From Octopus vulgaris (Eukaryota), in the NCBI GenBank assembly GCA_951406725.2, contig OX597818.1:96844001-96908000 (forward strand): a DNA stretch of 64,000 nt, given 5' to 3'. The notes below the pieces were generated by a model. It was not told where the DNA came from, did not search any database, and saw nothing but the letters and a program-made list of their open reading frames with translations. Positions within the stretch are counted from its first letter, which is position 1; every line of letters begins with the position of its first letter. Shown piece after piece: positions 63,379 to 64,000 of this stretch. Made by a program: the position numbers and the translations under genes.

Positions 63379-63965
63379 GGCGACGAGGTAACAGAATCGT
63401 TAGCACGCCGGGCGGACGAAAAGCTTAGCAACATTTCGTCTGTTTTTATGTTCTAAGTTCAAATTCCGCCTAGAGCGACTTCGCCTTTCATCCTTTCGGG
63501 GTCGATAAATTAAGCACCAGTGAAACACTGCGGTCGATGTAATCGACTTAATCCGTTTGTCTGTCCTTGTTTGTCCCTTCTGTATTTAGCGCCTTGTGGG
63601 TAGTAAAGAAATAGGTATTTCGTCTGCCGTTACGTTCTGAGTTCAAATTCCGCCGAGGTCGACTTTGCCTTTCATCCTTTCGGGGTCGATAAATTAAGTA
63701 CCAGTTACGCACTGGGGTCGTTATAATCGTCTTAATCCGTTTATCTGTCCTTGTTTGTCCTCTCTGTGTTTAGTCCCTTGTGGGCAGTAAAGAAATAGGT
63801 ATTTTGTCCGTCCTTACGTTCTGAGTTTAAATTCCGCCGTGGTCGACTTTGTCTTTCATCCTTTTGAGGTTGATAAAATAAGTACTAGTCAAGCACTGGG
63901 GTCGATGTAATCGACTAACCCCTCCTCCAAAATTTCAGGCCTTATGTCTAAAATAGAAAGGATTA
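63379..63965 (+). mobile_element. family-1 SINE trimer (tail B, tail B, tail A)
   Basis: One head; the body restarts at GGTATTT after each TAAAGAAATA tail; the last unit ends in CCAAAATTTCAGGCCTT..AGAAAGGATT. Confidence 0.88.
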
Positions 63966-64000
63966 CTATTATTATTATTATACACACTGTGAAGTATATA

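Overview
AT-rich, repeat-dense eukaryotic genomic DNA, almost certainly from an octopod cephalopod. The evidence is a 7-functional-unit molluscan hemocyanin plus abundant tRNA-like SINEs. Left half: the last 42 codons of one hemocyanin gene (2-130), a TE-filled spacer, then a complete second hemocyanin gene on + (TATA 13182, ATG 13260, two signal-peptide micro-exons, FU-a to FU-g, 12 coding exons, 2917 aa by my exon count, stop 28721). The right half has no host genes, only decayed TEs: R4/Dong-like, RTE, DD41D and mariner transposons, a MITE, Helitron-like repeats and SINEs. The most unusual structure is a 12.5-kb head-to-tail array (44511-57058, all on -) of L1/Tx1-group non-LTR retroelements. 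It holds one ORF1+ORF2 element, four ORF1(gag-like, CCHC)-only elements of three ORF1 types, and a 3' stub. All are inserted next to GAGTAT motifs of a host repeat that carries a degenerate hammerhead. All share a ~40-nt 3' tail that is also the tail of a SINE subfamily in this window. Two apparently intact type I hammerhead ribozyme folds (10951-11030 -, 41327-41397 +) were also found by eye. All alignments and folds were done manually; no database searches were run.
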